A DNA stretch of 63,560 bases, counting the filler, from Bipalium vagum (Eukaryota), in the NCBI GenBank assembly GCA_037834085.1. It is 3 parts of 3 records of this genome, joined end to end, with 100 filler letters (N's around TTAATTAATTAA, not from the genome) between each part and the next. Parts side by side here need not be neighbours in the genome. Positions count along the whole stretch, not along the records: positions 43,057 to 63,560 come from JBBMKC010251771.1; 2 more parts are not named here. One strand, written 5' to 3'. This document shows, piece after piece, positions 51,408 to 63,560 of this stretch. The notes beneath the pieces are model-generated. The model worked only from the letters and a program-made list of their open reading frames with translations, was not told where the DNA came from and did not search any database. The first letter of the stretch is position 1; the number at the start of each line of letters is the position of its first letter. Position numbers and translations under genes: made by a program.

Positions 51408-52749
51408 CAGGGTTATGCAGAAAAATATTCAAAATATATATAATTCTATGCAAAAATATATAGAAAATTATTCAAAATATATAGAAAAAATAATCGATTG
51501 TTTCAGTTTGAATTTTTTGTTTACCGAAATTTGTAAAAATCAAATAAGATGGAATATGAAATAAAGATGCATGATAATTTTTGTCGAAAGAAGCAAACCT
51601 CCATTAATAAAAATATCCTAAGAACAATCCGCCGAGATTTTGACAAAAATATACCGGTAAAGGTAATTTCAGAAAATGCGGGTACAGCTGCAGCAACGAC
51701 ATATAATGCAATTATGATGTGAATAGTCGAATAACTCAGATGTTATTAAAGGTTTTTACATTTATATTTATTCTTATCTATTTTTTAGGATTTCTTTTAT
51801 ACCCAAAAAGAAATAATCACAGAGTTGTCATTGGATCGAATTTTAGTCAGCCAAAGTACTGTCTCAAGAATTTTACGTGACATGAATTTTACCAGAAAGC
51901 GATTAGTCAGAGTTCCCGAAGAGAGAAATAATGTTAAAAACGTTGAGGCTAGACAGCTTTATGCGAGAGACATTGAGTACATTGAAAACAATAAACTGGT
52001 TTACTTAGATGAAACAGGAGTCAACTTACACCAAACCAGAAGATATGGCTATTCGCCAAGGAACACCAAAGCTTTCAAATTGGTGCGAGGTAGTAGAGGA
52101 CAAAATATCAGCTGCGTGGTTGCTATTAAAATGACAGGTCTCATTGTTTTGTCATCTGTTTATTTATTAAATCAAATTTACAGGCATATTATGCTTTGAA
52201 ATCAAAGACGGATCTTTCGATGGGAACAGTTTTATTGACTTTATTAATGACAAACTATGCAATCATTTCGATCGAAATCCTGGGGATGTATTGGTGATGG
52301 ACAATTGTAGGTTCCATCACCGTAAAGATGTTATTAAGTTGATGACAGAACGAGGTATTGCTTACATATTTCTGCCACCATACTCCCCTCAACTAAATTC
52401 GATCGATGAGTTTTTCAGCAGCTTTAAGTCACAAATATCATCCTTTATGAGAACCGTTATAAGTCGGGATGATTAAAAAGAATTGATTACCCAAGTACTC
52501 ATGCACGACGATATGGATTTCAGTGGTTATTTTGCAACATGAGTCGGTTTATAGAAAAAGCATTGGCGAGACAAGAATTTATTTAGTATACATTTGTCAT
52601 TTGAAATATATTTTTTTTCTATATATTTCTGAATATTGTTCTATATATTTCTGAATATTTTTCTATATATTTCTGAATAATTTTCTATATATTTTGAAAA
52701 ATTTTCTATATATGTTGAATATTTTTCTATATATTTCTGCATAATCCTG
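51408..52749 (+). mobile_element. TIR-bounded IS630/Tc1-like transposon with intron-containing transposase (decayed)
   Basis: TIRs CAGGGTTATGCAGAAA / TTTCTGCATAATCCTG with TA flanks. Motifs YLDETG, VMDNCRFH, LPPYSPQLNSIDE (34-residue spacing). Introns 51752-51788 and 52138-52183 restore a continuous frame. Confidence 0.9.
52612..52740. repeat. subterminal tandem repeats (about 22-bp unit ttttctatatatttctgaata)
   Basis: About 6 copies inside the right TIR; inverted copies (tattcaaaatatatagaaaa) inside the left TIR at 51420-51490. Confidence 0.85.
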
Positions 52750-53035
52750 TATTATTAGGGCCCTAATTAAAAAAAATAATTTTTAATCGAAACAGTGAAT
52801 AAAAAGAATTTAATTACAATAATTTTGTTTCAAATGAGAATTTAACAAAGTGAACATTGTTAGTTATATAATAAAAATTTTAACGCAATCAATCGTTATT
52901 AGTAAAATATTATTATTATACATAAAACTCACATGCGTTGATTGAACCTTTTTTCTCTGATTTTTTTCAAGTCTTATCAATAAATACTGACAAAAACCCT
53001 GATAATAGGGAATTCGAAGAACACAATCCTCAATA

Positions 53036-54322
53036 CAGGATGTCCCATAAGTCCCCGCGGAAAGTAAACTTATATATTTCTTAAGCAGATTGAGATATTT
53101 AATCGTTTGCTTTATAAAATTAAAGTCAAATCTTTTAATTTTTATTTCATATAAAAATATTTACAAAAATTGTTCGAAATGACTACGATTAACTGATATA
53201 CAAAAATTCATCCTTTTTAAAATATTTAAAAATACGCTATTAAAGTTTCTGTGGTAACACTTTTTATTTCTTCGGTGATCTTTGCTTTCAAATTGTCAAT
53301 GTTTTTGATTTCAGATTTGTTTATCTTATTCTTTAAATGGCCCCATAAATAGAACTCAAGAAGAGTTAAATCTGGAGAACGTGGACCTCAAAGAAGTGAA
53401 CCACTTCTTCCCATCCACCTGTTTCAAAAATCAGAGTCAAGATACCGTCGTACATTTGTTGAAAAATGAGCAGGAGCTCCATTTTGCTGAAATACCAGAG
53501 CTTTGTACATTTTCCTCACGTCAAACATAAAATAGTCTTTAACCATTGATAGATAATTTTTGCCATTAACAGTCTCATCTTCAAAGAATTTTTTGACAAA
53601 GCATACCAAACATTTACCTTCTTTGATTTTCTAGCAGTTTCAAAAGTAACATGTGGATTGCTTTCTGACCAATATCTGACGTTATGTTTATTTAATAATC
53701 CTTTTAGGTACAAAGTTGCTTCATCTGAAAAGAAAATATTTTCCTGAATATCCCCATTTTCTTACATTGGGACCAGGGTTTTGCACATTTCAACTCTGTC
53801 TTGCAAATTCTCTTCATGTAATTCCTGCGTGAAATGAACCTTGGATGGTTTCAATGATAAATGTTCTCTCGTAATTCGATGGGTTGCTGTTAGCGAAATG
53901 GAACAGGTGGCTGCAACAGAAGAACATTGGATTGTGGGTCACTTTCATTAACGTCATTCATTTTCTGAACTTCATTTTCAGTGATCAGCCTTGGCCTTCC
54001 AGAACGTTTACGATTTTCCGTCGAGCAAATCTCACAAAAACGATGAAAAGTCTCTCTTATAGCACTTTCACTTGGTGAGGTTTTCCCAAATTCAGCATTT
54101 AATTTCCGTTTAGCAACACAAATTGATTTGAATTTGGCCAATAAAGTACAATTTTGATTCTTAACTTCAAATCAAGCGGCATTTGCTAAATATAATTTTA
54201 AAATATTAAAACAAAACTTAGACTTACATACTTTAATATTATGTAATAGAAATAGAAATTTCAATCGATTGAATTTGATGAAAAATATGTTTAATTTCCA
54301 CGAGGACTTATGGGACACCCTG
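53036..54322 (-). mobile_element. near full-length DD41D (rosa/Visitor)-like element, decayed
   Basis: TIRs caggatgtcccataagtccccgcggaaa / revcomp cagggtgtcccataagtcctcgtggaaa. Motifs RKRSGRPR, FFSDEAT, QQNGAPAH-(41)-E in PRSPDLTLLEFYLWG; several stops. Confidence 0.9.
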
Positions 54323-55065
54323 CAGAGTTAACATTATTATTTATATTGATTGCATAAAATGGGATAAAAATATCAGAGTCTGCTTGTTTTTCTGGGTAGA
54401 GCATTTCCAAACCATATCACAAGAAATCATGGTTTCCGAAGAAAATATATTACGTCAGCAATTATTATACTGTAACAGTCTATGTCACAAGCAAAACTGT
54501 AACAAGGGGGCTTACAACTGGGGTCATCACCTCTCGAATGAAGTGTAAATAATAGGAAACTCATGAATAAACAAAGCGATTAACAAAATAAGGTATATTT
54601 GTTATCACAAATGCAAGGTTAGAAATCTATCCAATTAAACAAACGATATTCAAAATTACAAACGATTAATTAATTATTAAAATATCTTCTTGACTTTACT
54701 ATAGTCGAACAATACAAAACGCTTTAAAAACCTATTATATCTTAATCTTTCTTTTCAAAATAACAATGAATACCTGATGGCGCTTAATATCAAAATTAGA
54801 TTTTTCCTTTGATAGAAAGGTGGAAGAATCTAGTCTTTTTCAGTTGTAGTAATCGCTAATTCAAAATTTTGGTTTTATTACAATATCTCAAAGCTATATT
54901 GATACTAATGTCATCCAACTCTAAAATAATCCATAATATTTTTATTTAATTATTTTTCCAACAAATACTAAACTTTGCATACCGAATGAAATCATGGAAA
55001 AAACTCAGCAAAAATATATTTGTTCTGGTAAAATGAAAAACATCACAAATAGCAAATCACAAAAA

Positions 55066-58000
55066 TTAATCACGAACCAGCGCAGCTAACAAGAACTGAA
55101 ATCCTTGTTTGGCAAAGAATGATCGAGAGACACAATGATTTGCCAAATCGATTTCTCCACTCCAATCTTTGGTTATTTGAAATTTTAAGAACAGAAAAAA
55201 TTGATCATCCATATCATCGATATGTGGAATCGATAGACGCCACTGTTCCAGCGTCAAGGAAGTGACAACACTGAGAATACCAATGAACTCGCGCTGACAG
55301 AATACAAGGACTTTATCGTTTGTGTTGTCCATGTTGTTGTGAAACTCTTGGAGCTTCGTGGACAGTCGCCATCGATTCAAAGAAAAATGATAAGTGAAAG
55401 CCATGTAGCACTCATTGACCCGACCACACAACAACAGAAAACCTTGATCGTCACAAGACCAACAGCCTCCAGCGGACAAAGAGAGTCTCAATACATTATC
55501 GGGACTGAATATTTCTTCTGGAAGTCCATTAGTGTTTATCTTTGTCCATTCCCCATTTGCAGGATCAAATTCCATAATCTTCGTTGCGGGCCGATTGTTT
55601 TCATTCATTCCTCCGGCTATATAGATCAACCCGCTGTGACCAACCGCGACAGCGTCAATGATAGTGAAAGGAGTCTTGAATTCCGACATTTGCCACAGGT
55701 CGTTCCCACTGTCGTAGATGAGAATGTCTTTCGAATCTTTACAGTTAGCTTCGTTGTCACCGATCGTGTGACCGCCGATCAAATAAACAAATCCTTCCAG
55801 ACAGGCCACACAGAAACTTGATCGATTGCAGTCCAATTCGGCCATGGTGCACCAGGTCTTCTCGACCAAATTGTATCTTTCGCAGCTGTTCGATATTCCA
55901 ATGGTTATCAATATCAAGTAGTGCAACAATAATTAATAATAAAAATAATAATATTCATTAAGAACGAAATTTCGGATTTTAAATCAACATTATGATTTAT
56001 AATATAAGAAAAACGAAATATTTATTCAAAATAATCACCAAATTTATCAAGACAGGTCTACCATTTTAATGGCAACTTGTTTATTCGAGCAACGACGAAG
56101 TCGGTTGGTACACTGGCAATGAAATCACGAAGTGTTTTTCGCAGCCGTCTCTGTATTGAATATTTTTCCAACCATGAAATGATTCAAAGTTTGGAAGAAA
56201 TGATAATCAGTTAGGGGAAGGTCTGGTGAATACGGTCGGTGACAGAGAGTTTTCAGTTCCAGCTGCAGTTGAAGCACTATTGCTATGACATGTCGAACGT
56301 TGTCTGGCAAGAGAATTGGTGTGTCTGGATTGACCAATCTTGGTTGCTTAATAGCGATACCCCTTAATTGACTACAGTATGTTTCTACTGTAATAGACTT
56401 TCCTGATTTTGAAAAGGTGTAATAAATAATACCTACACTGGACCACCACAGATACCATGATTTTCTTTTGTTGAACGCTCGGCTTTCGATAAGACCTGTT
56501 CTCTTCATCTTTATCCAACCATTGAGATGATCACCTGCGATTATGGGATCTAGTCCAATTAGTTCGCCTTTCTGTAGTAACAACAAAGGCAAGCTTGAAT
56601 ACATTTTTTCTGATATTTGCATAATTCGTAAGGTAACAATCGGTCAAGCTTTTTAACCTTGTAAATTTCAAATAGTGAATTATTATAGAGATAGAGATAT
56701 TGAATTTCAACCCTAACTCCTGAGTAATTTGAGATGGACCCTTCTCCACCACAGCTTTCAGGTCAGCTGATTCACCTTCATCTGAGATCGACCAGGTGAC
56801 ATATTTGGAAGACAGAAATCTCATGTACGAAACTTCTGAAAACATCATTACACCATTCGTTCATTGACGACCTTGTTAAACATGCGTAGTGCACCCAATA
56901 AGTCCGTACAATATGTGGGAAGGAAATATAATTTTGTCATGTAATGAAATTTTTATTGTAACTATATTGTTATAAGTTTAATTTGTTTTAAATTATCATT
57001 ACAGCTCATATTGACATTCGCAGGATTTTATTAATTTAGTGCAAGTCATGATTGATGCAGTGTAATATCGCAGTGTTTCTCGTATTACACTATCTTTCAA
57101 ATGAACATTTTTTCCCAATTGGAGAAGCCATATGACACGATTTTTTGAAATATCCATTTTTTAGAAAATTTTTTCTAATGTCAATTTATAATATAATCAG
57201 ATATTTAAATATATAAGAAGTAATTACTATAAGAAGTAATTACCTATTTACGCAGTAAAACAAAAATAAAAGTTTCGAGTTTAATTATTTAAAAATATGA
57301 AATTTCAAAATTTGGATTTTGCAGATGCGACACTTCATATTTAATGCCTAATAATAGTATGTAACACAGAAAGTAACCTCATTTAAAAAAATAATACATT
57401 TAAACGCTACATTAATCAATTATATATTCACCATTATTATCAAATACAGGTTGCCATTTATCAGATAAACATTTGACTGCCTAATCGAAGAGAAGTGTAG
57501 ATTTGAGGACAATAAATGATGTTTGATCTGACCTTCAGTTTGATATTCATTCCCGCAAAGGAAATTCTGCAAAGGTATAAAGAGGTGAAAATCTATTGGG
57601 GAAATGTCTGGGTGATATGGAGGGTGAGCCATTAATTCCCATACTACGTCTTTATTTTTCTTTGATGTTATTTTTGACGTATACGGATTGGCATTGTTAT
57701 GATGAAAAATCACCCCTTTTCTGTTGATTAAAGATGAACGCATTTTCATCAACTCATTTAATCAGACAATTGCTCACAATATTTGGTGGAATCAATTATT
57801 GCATTCCGTTTGACCAATTCCAAATAGATTATACAATGGCAATTTCGCCAAATACAAAGCATAACATTCTTATGAAGGCCTGGCTTTGATGTTGGCACCG
57901 GAGTATGTTCTGAAGACAACCATTGTCTTTTTATTTTTAGATTGTCAAACAACATCCATTTTTCGGATCCAGTAACAATACGCTGAAGAAAAGGCTGTCT

Positions 58001-61000
58001 GTTGTTCTTCAAAATTAATGATTGGCAAACCAAGTCTAAATGTCTTATTCCAAAACACCTGCTCTGTATGATTTACCAATCATATGTATATGGATCTTAG
58101 TGGCATATTTACCACGTGTTTAGGCAATAATGGAGAATCTGCTCTGACAAGTTCTTTCAGTAATATATCATCAATTAAAGATTGATGCCCGCTTCTTCAG
58201 CATCATTTGTATTTGACAAACCATCCCTGTGCTTGAAAAAATGTATGGGCCCTTCTTTAATAGCATTAATATTTTCAGCGGCAGCTTTCGTCGTATCGGT
58301 TCAAATACTCATAAAGGAGCCAATTTCGAAAGTTTTCCTTACTCGGGATAAAGGAAGTCACCAAAAAGATTAAATGTATAACCAACATGTTAATATCAAT
58401 CGGTTTACAATCAAAACTAAGTCATTTTTTGAATAAATTTATTTATAAAATTTCCCGGGTCTGATTAGCCTACTCATATTGCAAAATAAATAACATTTTT
58501 ATTAGTTCAAATATTTCGCTAAACATATAGTTTATTAATATTAATTAAACAAGAATCAATTTTTTAATATTTATAACTTAAATTGAATATTTAAAAAACT
58601 AAATTATTAAATGAAAAATAACGAGTGATAATTAAAAATCTGGACCAATTTCAAAGGTAAAATCCCTTCAGAAACAAAGTTCAATGTCAAAAGAGAAATC
58701 ACAAGAATATAAAATTCAGAATATATCATCCATAATATGTCAATGTCGGTGGATGGCAGGAAAAATTCGAAAATTTTACTTCGTTTTAGGTGATGAAAGT
58801 TATTTTTCATTGAGAAACTTCAGGAAGCCTGGAAATGACAAATTTTATTTCTGTAGTCCTACTACATCTCCAGTTAATCTAAATTATAAGTTTCAGAAAA
58901 ATATGAAAAGATCATTTTGCATATTGTCATCTCTGAGGTAGGTGTTTCAAAACCATGGTTCAATGAAAGAGGTTTGGCAATCAATTAATTTGTTCAAATT
59001 TTGTATTTTTTTTAAAAAAAGAAATCATTCTAAGGGCACCTTTGTGTGCAAGCCAGACAAAGTCTCTACAAATTACTCCAAAAAGACGCAAGAATTTTTA
59101 AAATCAAAAAAGATAACTTTTTGGCTTAAGGACCGGAATGCTAAAAATATTCTTTAATTTCGTCCAATCAAAAATCTCTTTGAAATTTTGAAATCTTTTG
59201 TTTATAAAAATAACTGGAGCTAATAGATATCAACAAATAAAATGAATATCTCGATTGTGTTTTAAAAATTGACACAAAGCCCGTATAAGAAGCTTTCAGA
59301 AAGATCCGGTCAAGTGTGAGACATGCAGCCAACCATAGTTCGCATTCCATTGTACATTAATAAATACACATTGTTTTTTTGTCCAATAAAGTTGAAATAA
59401 TTTTATATTTTAGTGTTTACCCATTTTTTATCACAAGGTATAAAAAAATCAATATTTTAATGTTATTTTGAAAATCGTAAATCAACCATTTAAAATTTGA
59501 AAAAATAATTTGATCGATACTCCCTTTAAGTTAAAAGTAATTGATTAATCACAGATTTAATAGATAAAAAATTTGTAATTTTAAAATAACCGATCTGGAA
59601 ATTATAGATTTTATAAGAAAAACATATGGAGATTTTTATCGATCGACTAGAAATCTTTTGTTAAATATAGAATGACTGATATTAAAATTTTGCACACATC
59701 ACATTATTTGAAAGAAATTAACACATGGTAGCAATCAATTAAGTTGAGACAAAGAATTGGTTGTTGATTTAAATAATAAATTAATTACTATTGTACTTCA
59801 TAACAGAAGAATCTGAAATTCAAAATATTTCTATTCTAACTTTTATAGAACACGTTTAACAGTACTAAAAACTATTTGAAATTCTCGCTCCTTGTAAGCA
59901 GGTTACCAGCTATCCATTTCAAATAAAATTTTAATTATTCAATGACTAAAAATAATCAATAAAAAACGAGATAATTTCACCTTTTAAATATGCACCCATC
60001 ACTATTTTCACCACCAATAACGAAAATGAATGTACTTGAAGAACAAAGTCGGTGATTAAATCTATCTACGTTCATTGGAGGTAGAGATTCGATATCTTTG
60101 TCTACATAAAAGTAATTATTATTACCATCCAGCTAAACAAATAAATCAGTTATTTTGCGAATTGTAAAATCGATAGACTCAAACTCTGTCCATTGATCGT
60201 GATCCGATACAATGTAAAACGATTGGAGTGCCGATTCGATGCGGCTTATCACTGTAGTAGTTTAAAAGAGAAAATGATTGTCTGATTTGAGAAACGATGT
60301 CTTGACAGTCGAGCTCCTTGATGAGGGAGTTCCACTGATCATTGGAAATCTGAATTATTGAAATAAAAGAATACAATATATCTAACAACAAATCTAAAAA
60401 AAGAAAGCACTCCTTTATAGCTTTTGTTCTTTACTCTCAAAATTTTGTAACATTGACAACTCACCAGATGTGTTTGAACAATATCCTTTACATTATCCAT
60501 CAACAACGATTTACGACTTTTTATGTCATATGTGGTCCATTTCAACAGAGCCTTCATTATTAAGAAATCGGTCGCAGACAATTTTTTATCACTAACCATA
60601 TCCGATAATACACAAAACTGGAGTGACAAAAAATCCTTATTATTAAAACATAATTTATTGAAATTGTTATTAATGAAATTTTGAGCTTTCAATTGCAAGG
60701 ACTTGTCGTTGTAAGTAATTGAAAAGTGAACTATTCCTATTTAGAGTTTTAATTTCATAAAATAAAAAATAGTAAATAACCAAATATGTTTTCACAATTT
60801 ATATTCCCTGAAATCTTTTCACTTGCCAGAGATTTCAATGAACTAATTTGCAAGTAATCAGCTGCAATATAAGTTTCTTCACATTGTTCATTACTTACAA
60901 ATGATCCACACCCTAGTTTATAAATAAATAGTAAACAGTTTTCTATTCCAGCTCGAGTAACTATTTCTTCACTGAGATAAATTTCATCTGCTTTTGGATT

Positions 61001-61162
61001 AAAGTTGAGAAATCCCTTAAAAAATTCCGATCCACAATATAATAAGCACTTATGACAAGGAAACACGTCTTTATTAATTTTAATGAGAAAATCACAAAAT
61101 AATTGATTTTTTAATACATCTAAATTGTTGTTTTTCACGTATGTTATATGTTTTTCATTCAT
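55066..61162 (-). CDS. Kelch-like protein (BTB-BACK-Kelch), about 596 aa, 5 exons
   Basis: Exons 61162-60781, 60736-60465, 60349-60185, 60132-59981, 55885-55066 total 1791 nt in frame, all GT-AG. BTB: FCDFLIKI..FPCHKCLL..SEFFKG, AADYLQISSL. BACK: MKALLKW. Kelch: IFVIGG, CERYN..W, VYLIGG, IYIAGG. Confidence 0.88.
56040..56880 (-). mobile_element. mariner remnant in kelch intron 4
   Basis: IIAGD, LWWSSVGIIYY, LLPDNVRH, HRPYSPDLPLTDYHFF. Confidence 0.9.
57350..58330 (-). mobile_element. mariner remnant in kelch intron 4
   Basis: RIVTGSEKW, VMLCIWRN, FHHNNANPY, HPPYHPDISPIDFHLF. Confidence 0.9.
58684..59360 (+). mobile_element. ITmD37E-type transposase remnant in kelch intron 4
   Basis: VLGDESYF..PGNDKFY, KPDKVSTNYSKKTQEFL and FRPIKNLFEILKSFVYKNNW. 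Confidence 0.7.
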
Positions 61163-61640
61163 AAGTTTGAAATTAACTTTAATTTATAAATATTTAAACA
61201 AAAGGAAAAAGAATAATGAGTAATTTGTATTTAAATCCAGTTTTTTAAGATAGTAAAAAAATATATAAAATTAAATTAGGAACAAAGATTACTTTTTAAA
61301 TGAATATTTAAATATATAATTAATCGATTAGATTAAATTTTTTATCCATTTTCATACATGTTGTCTTTTAAAATCAGATAATTTTAAGTTAAATTTTTTC
61401 AAATATTAAATATATATTATTTAATTATCTATTAGTTTTATTTGATTACTGAAATGCATATCACATTTTAATATTTAATTATTAAATATATTTGTGCATA
61501 CTCATATGAAGTTTATTTTAAATAACCATACTACTAGTTGAATTTTGACAGCTGTGAGTTTCGTGATTCATTTTTAAAAGTAAGTATTAAGTAACAAATA
61601 AATATTGAATTAGTAAAATAAAATATTATTTTCATTAAGA

Positions 61641-62030
61641 ATGGCAACTGGGCAATATTTGACGACTAATAGAAGTTATGGGTCTTTTTATAATCCAGAT
61701 AAAAAGAATTATAAAGATATTAGATCTGTGAAAGAACATACCTCTAATGCTCTTTATGGAGAATATTCCAAATACTTGACTCCAAGTGAAAACTATAATC
61801 ATTTATTGGAAAGAAATATTCCATCAATTACATTGAAACATCTGCAAAAAAAATTTAATCGACTTGAGTTTCAGAAAAATCGTGTAAATGAGAAGATTTC
61901 AGAGAAAGATAAAATTACTTCATTAAAACTTCCACGGATATACAATAGTCCTGTATCTACCCAAAGACTAACTGAATTTTTTAAAACATCTCCTCAGCTA
62001 AAATTATCTCTGAATCACTTTTACTTTTAA
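61641..62030 (+). CDS. uncharacterised 129-aa protein, divergent from the kelch gene
   Basis: 129-codon ORF with natural-looking composition in AT-rich DNA; starts 479 bp from the kelch ATG; AATAAA near 62083. Confidence 0.55.
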   Translation: MATGQYLTTNRSYGSFYNPDKKNYKDIRSVKEHTSNALYGEYSKYLTPSENYNHLLERNIPSITLKHLQKKFNRLEFQKNRVNEKISEKDKITSLKLPRIYNSPVSTQRLTEFFKTSPQLKLSLNHFYF

Positions 62031-62330
62031 AATCTTTTTGATTTGAATTAAAAACGATCCTGTTATAATTTAGTGATAAAAGAATAAAAATATAATTTTT
62101 GGTATCAAATATTAATAGAAATATATAGCTGAATTTAATTTTTTATAATTTCATCGACTTATACCAAATATGACACGATTATGATGTATAGTTAAGAATT
62201 TTCATAATTTTTTAAAATTTAACAAAAATAATTTCTTTGATTATTTTTTATTATAATTTATTATGATTTACGATTTTTATTTCTTTATTTTTAATTTAAT
62301 TTTTTCATCAAATGTGATTCCTGAATGATA

Positions 62331-62800
62331 CGAGGGTGGGATGAAAAGTTTTGAAAATGAAAAGAAAACATGTATTGTTCAAAAATCATATTATTTCTAT
62401 TCAAAATCTCCTTTTAATTCAACACATCTAGTCCAACGATTTCCTAGAAATCGTATATCTTGGTTCTAATGACTTTCATGAAGACTAACTATCTACAGCA
62501 TTTAATACTCCTTAGATTTCACAAAAACGTTTTCCAGAAATTATTTTCAGGTTAGGAAAATGAAAAAAGTCTGGTGTAGACAAATCGGGTGAATAAGATG
62601 GATGTCTAAGCAAGTCGTAATTCAATTCATTTAATTTTGTCTTGATCAAAAAGATTTTATGAGCTGATGCATTGTCTTCCAGAAAGGTGAATTTTTCATT
62701 TGCAAATCTGAATGTTTCACCACGAATCTTGTTATCCAATGTATCCAATATGCTCACATAATATCCTTTTACATCCCAAATACAGATGACATCCGTCGAT
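62331..62800 (-). mobile_element. mariner 3' half with TIR
   Basis: ta|CGAGGGTGGGATGAAAAGTTT terminus; FLEDNASAH and HPSYSPDLSTPDFFHFPNLK. Confidence 0.88.
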
Positions 62801-63493
62801 TATCCAACACTGTTGAAAATCAGGGAAAATCTTTAATACTTTTCACATCTTTCTATGGATTTCTGTTTCTGATAATTCTTTCAAGATAAAACATTTTATA
62901 ATCCCTCGATTTTGAATTATCATTTTAAATTATTATCATAATAAAACTAATGCCATCATGTCAAATACGTAATTTTTAATAAATGGCTTTATCAAGGAAA
63001 ATGGTATTATGAATATATTATATATTTGCTTTATTGTTACATCAACCTTGTCGCTTTCAAAACTTTTTAAACAGTCCTGATAGCTATTCAAAATTATTCT
63101 GCTTTAATATTAAAGCCTCGAATTAATTAATTTGCCTTCTTCCTTACCATAATAATACATAATGAATGAATCTTACTATTACCATTATTTAGTGCTAATG
63201 TCCATTATTTTGTGTTATTTGAAGATATTTTCACAAATTTTAAAATACCTTTAACAAATCAAGAATTCACATTATAGCAGAAAATATTATTTTTCAAGTA
63301 TGGAAAAACAAGAAATGATCCTAATAATTCCAAGATAACGAATAAAACGGGAAAATATATTGTTTTATATTCATACATAATTAATAGATTTTTCTTTTTT
63401 AATAAATGATGTTACAAAACCGTTAATCTCAGAATAAAAGTCAATGTTGATGACAAAATGAAAAGTAAAACATTTAAATTATTAAACAACAAC

Positions 63494-63560
<67 letters not shown>
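63494..63560. repeat. (AAT)n microsatellite to window end
   Basis: More than 20 tandem aat units. Confidence 0.95.

Noticed and set aside
52612-52740. Tandem 22-bp repeats resembling a CRISPR-like array
   Set aside because: No unique spacers; they are subterminal repeats of the transposon in a eukaryotic genome.
51400-52757. Apparent 8-bp target-site duplication TATTATTA around the intron-containing element
   Set aside because: Equally explained by a normal TA duplication inside a (TAT)n tract. Other copies would be needed to claim a novel TSD length.
55339-55821. 160-aa antisense ORF over the kelch last exon; likewise antisense ORFs over VPS54 exons and 42215-42463
   Set aside because: Shadow ORFs of GC-richer coding exons; the opposite strand carries the motifs or splice signals.

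Overview
Very AT-rich eukaryotic genomic DNA with short GT-AG introns (about 45-55 nt), (AAT)n tracts and dense decayed Tc1/mariner elements. This is most consistent with a dugesiid planarian such as Schmidtea or Dugesia (inference). Two 100-bp assembly gaps carry an artificial TTAATTAATTAA linker (21488-21587, 42957-43056), so synteny across them is uncertain. Gene models reconstructed by hand: a 3-exon secreted PAN/apple-like protein (1728-3642), a 10-exon VPS54 with an N-terminal double C2H2-type zinc-finger module (10434-18987), a multi-IQ SPA17-like gene with microexons and an RFX X-box (minus strand, from 25659 to at least 21688), a small FW-motif neuropeptide precursor (38585-38874), a small secreted Cys-rich protein (50261-50629), a 5-exon BTB-BACK-Kelch gene (minus, 61162-55066), and three orphan ORFs or exons. 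Much of the rest is a transposon graveyard: mariner DD34D, DD37D, DD37E, DD41D, pogo, a Tc1 deletion derivative and a Gypsy pol remnant. The most notable items are a TIR-bounded IS630/Tc1-like element whose transposase is split by tiny spliceosomal introns, the FW-peptide precursor, and the SPA17 locus architecture. All gene models and family calls come from manual translation and motif recall; no searches were run.
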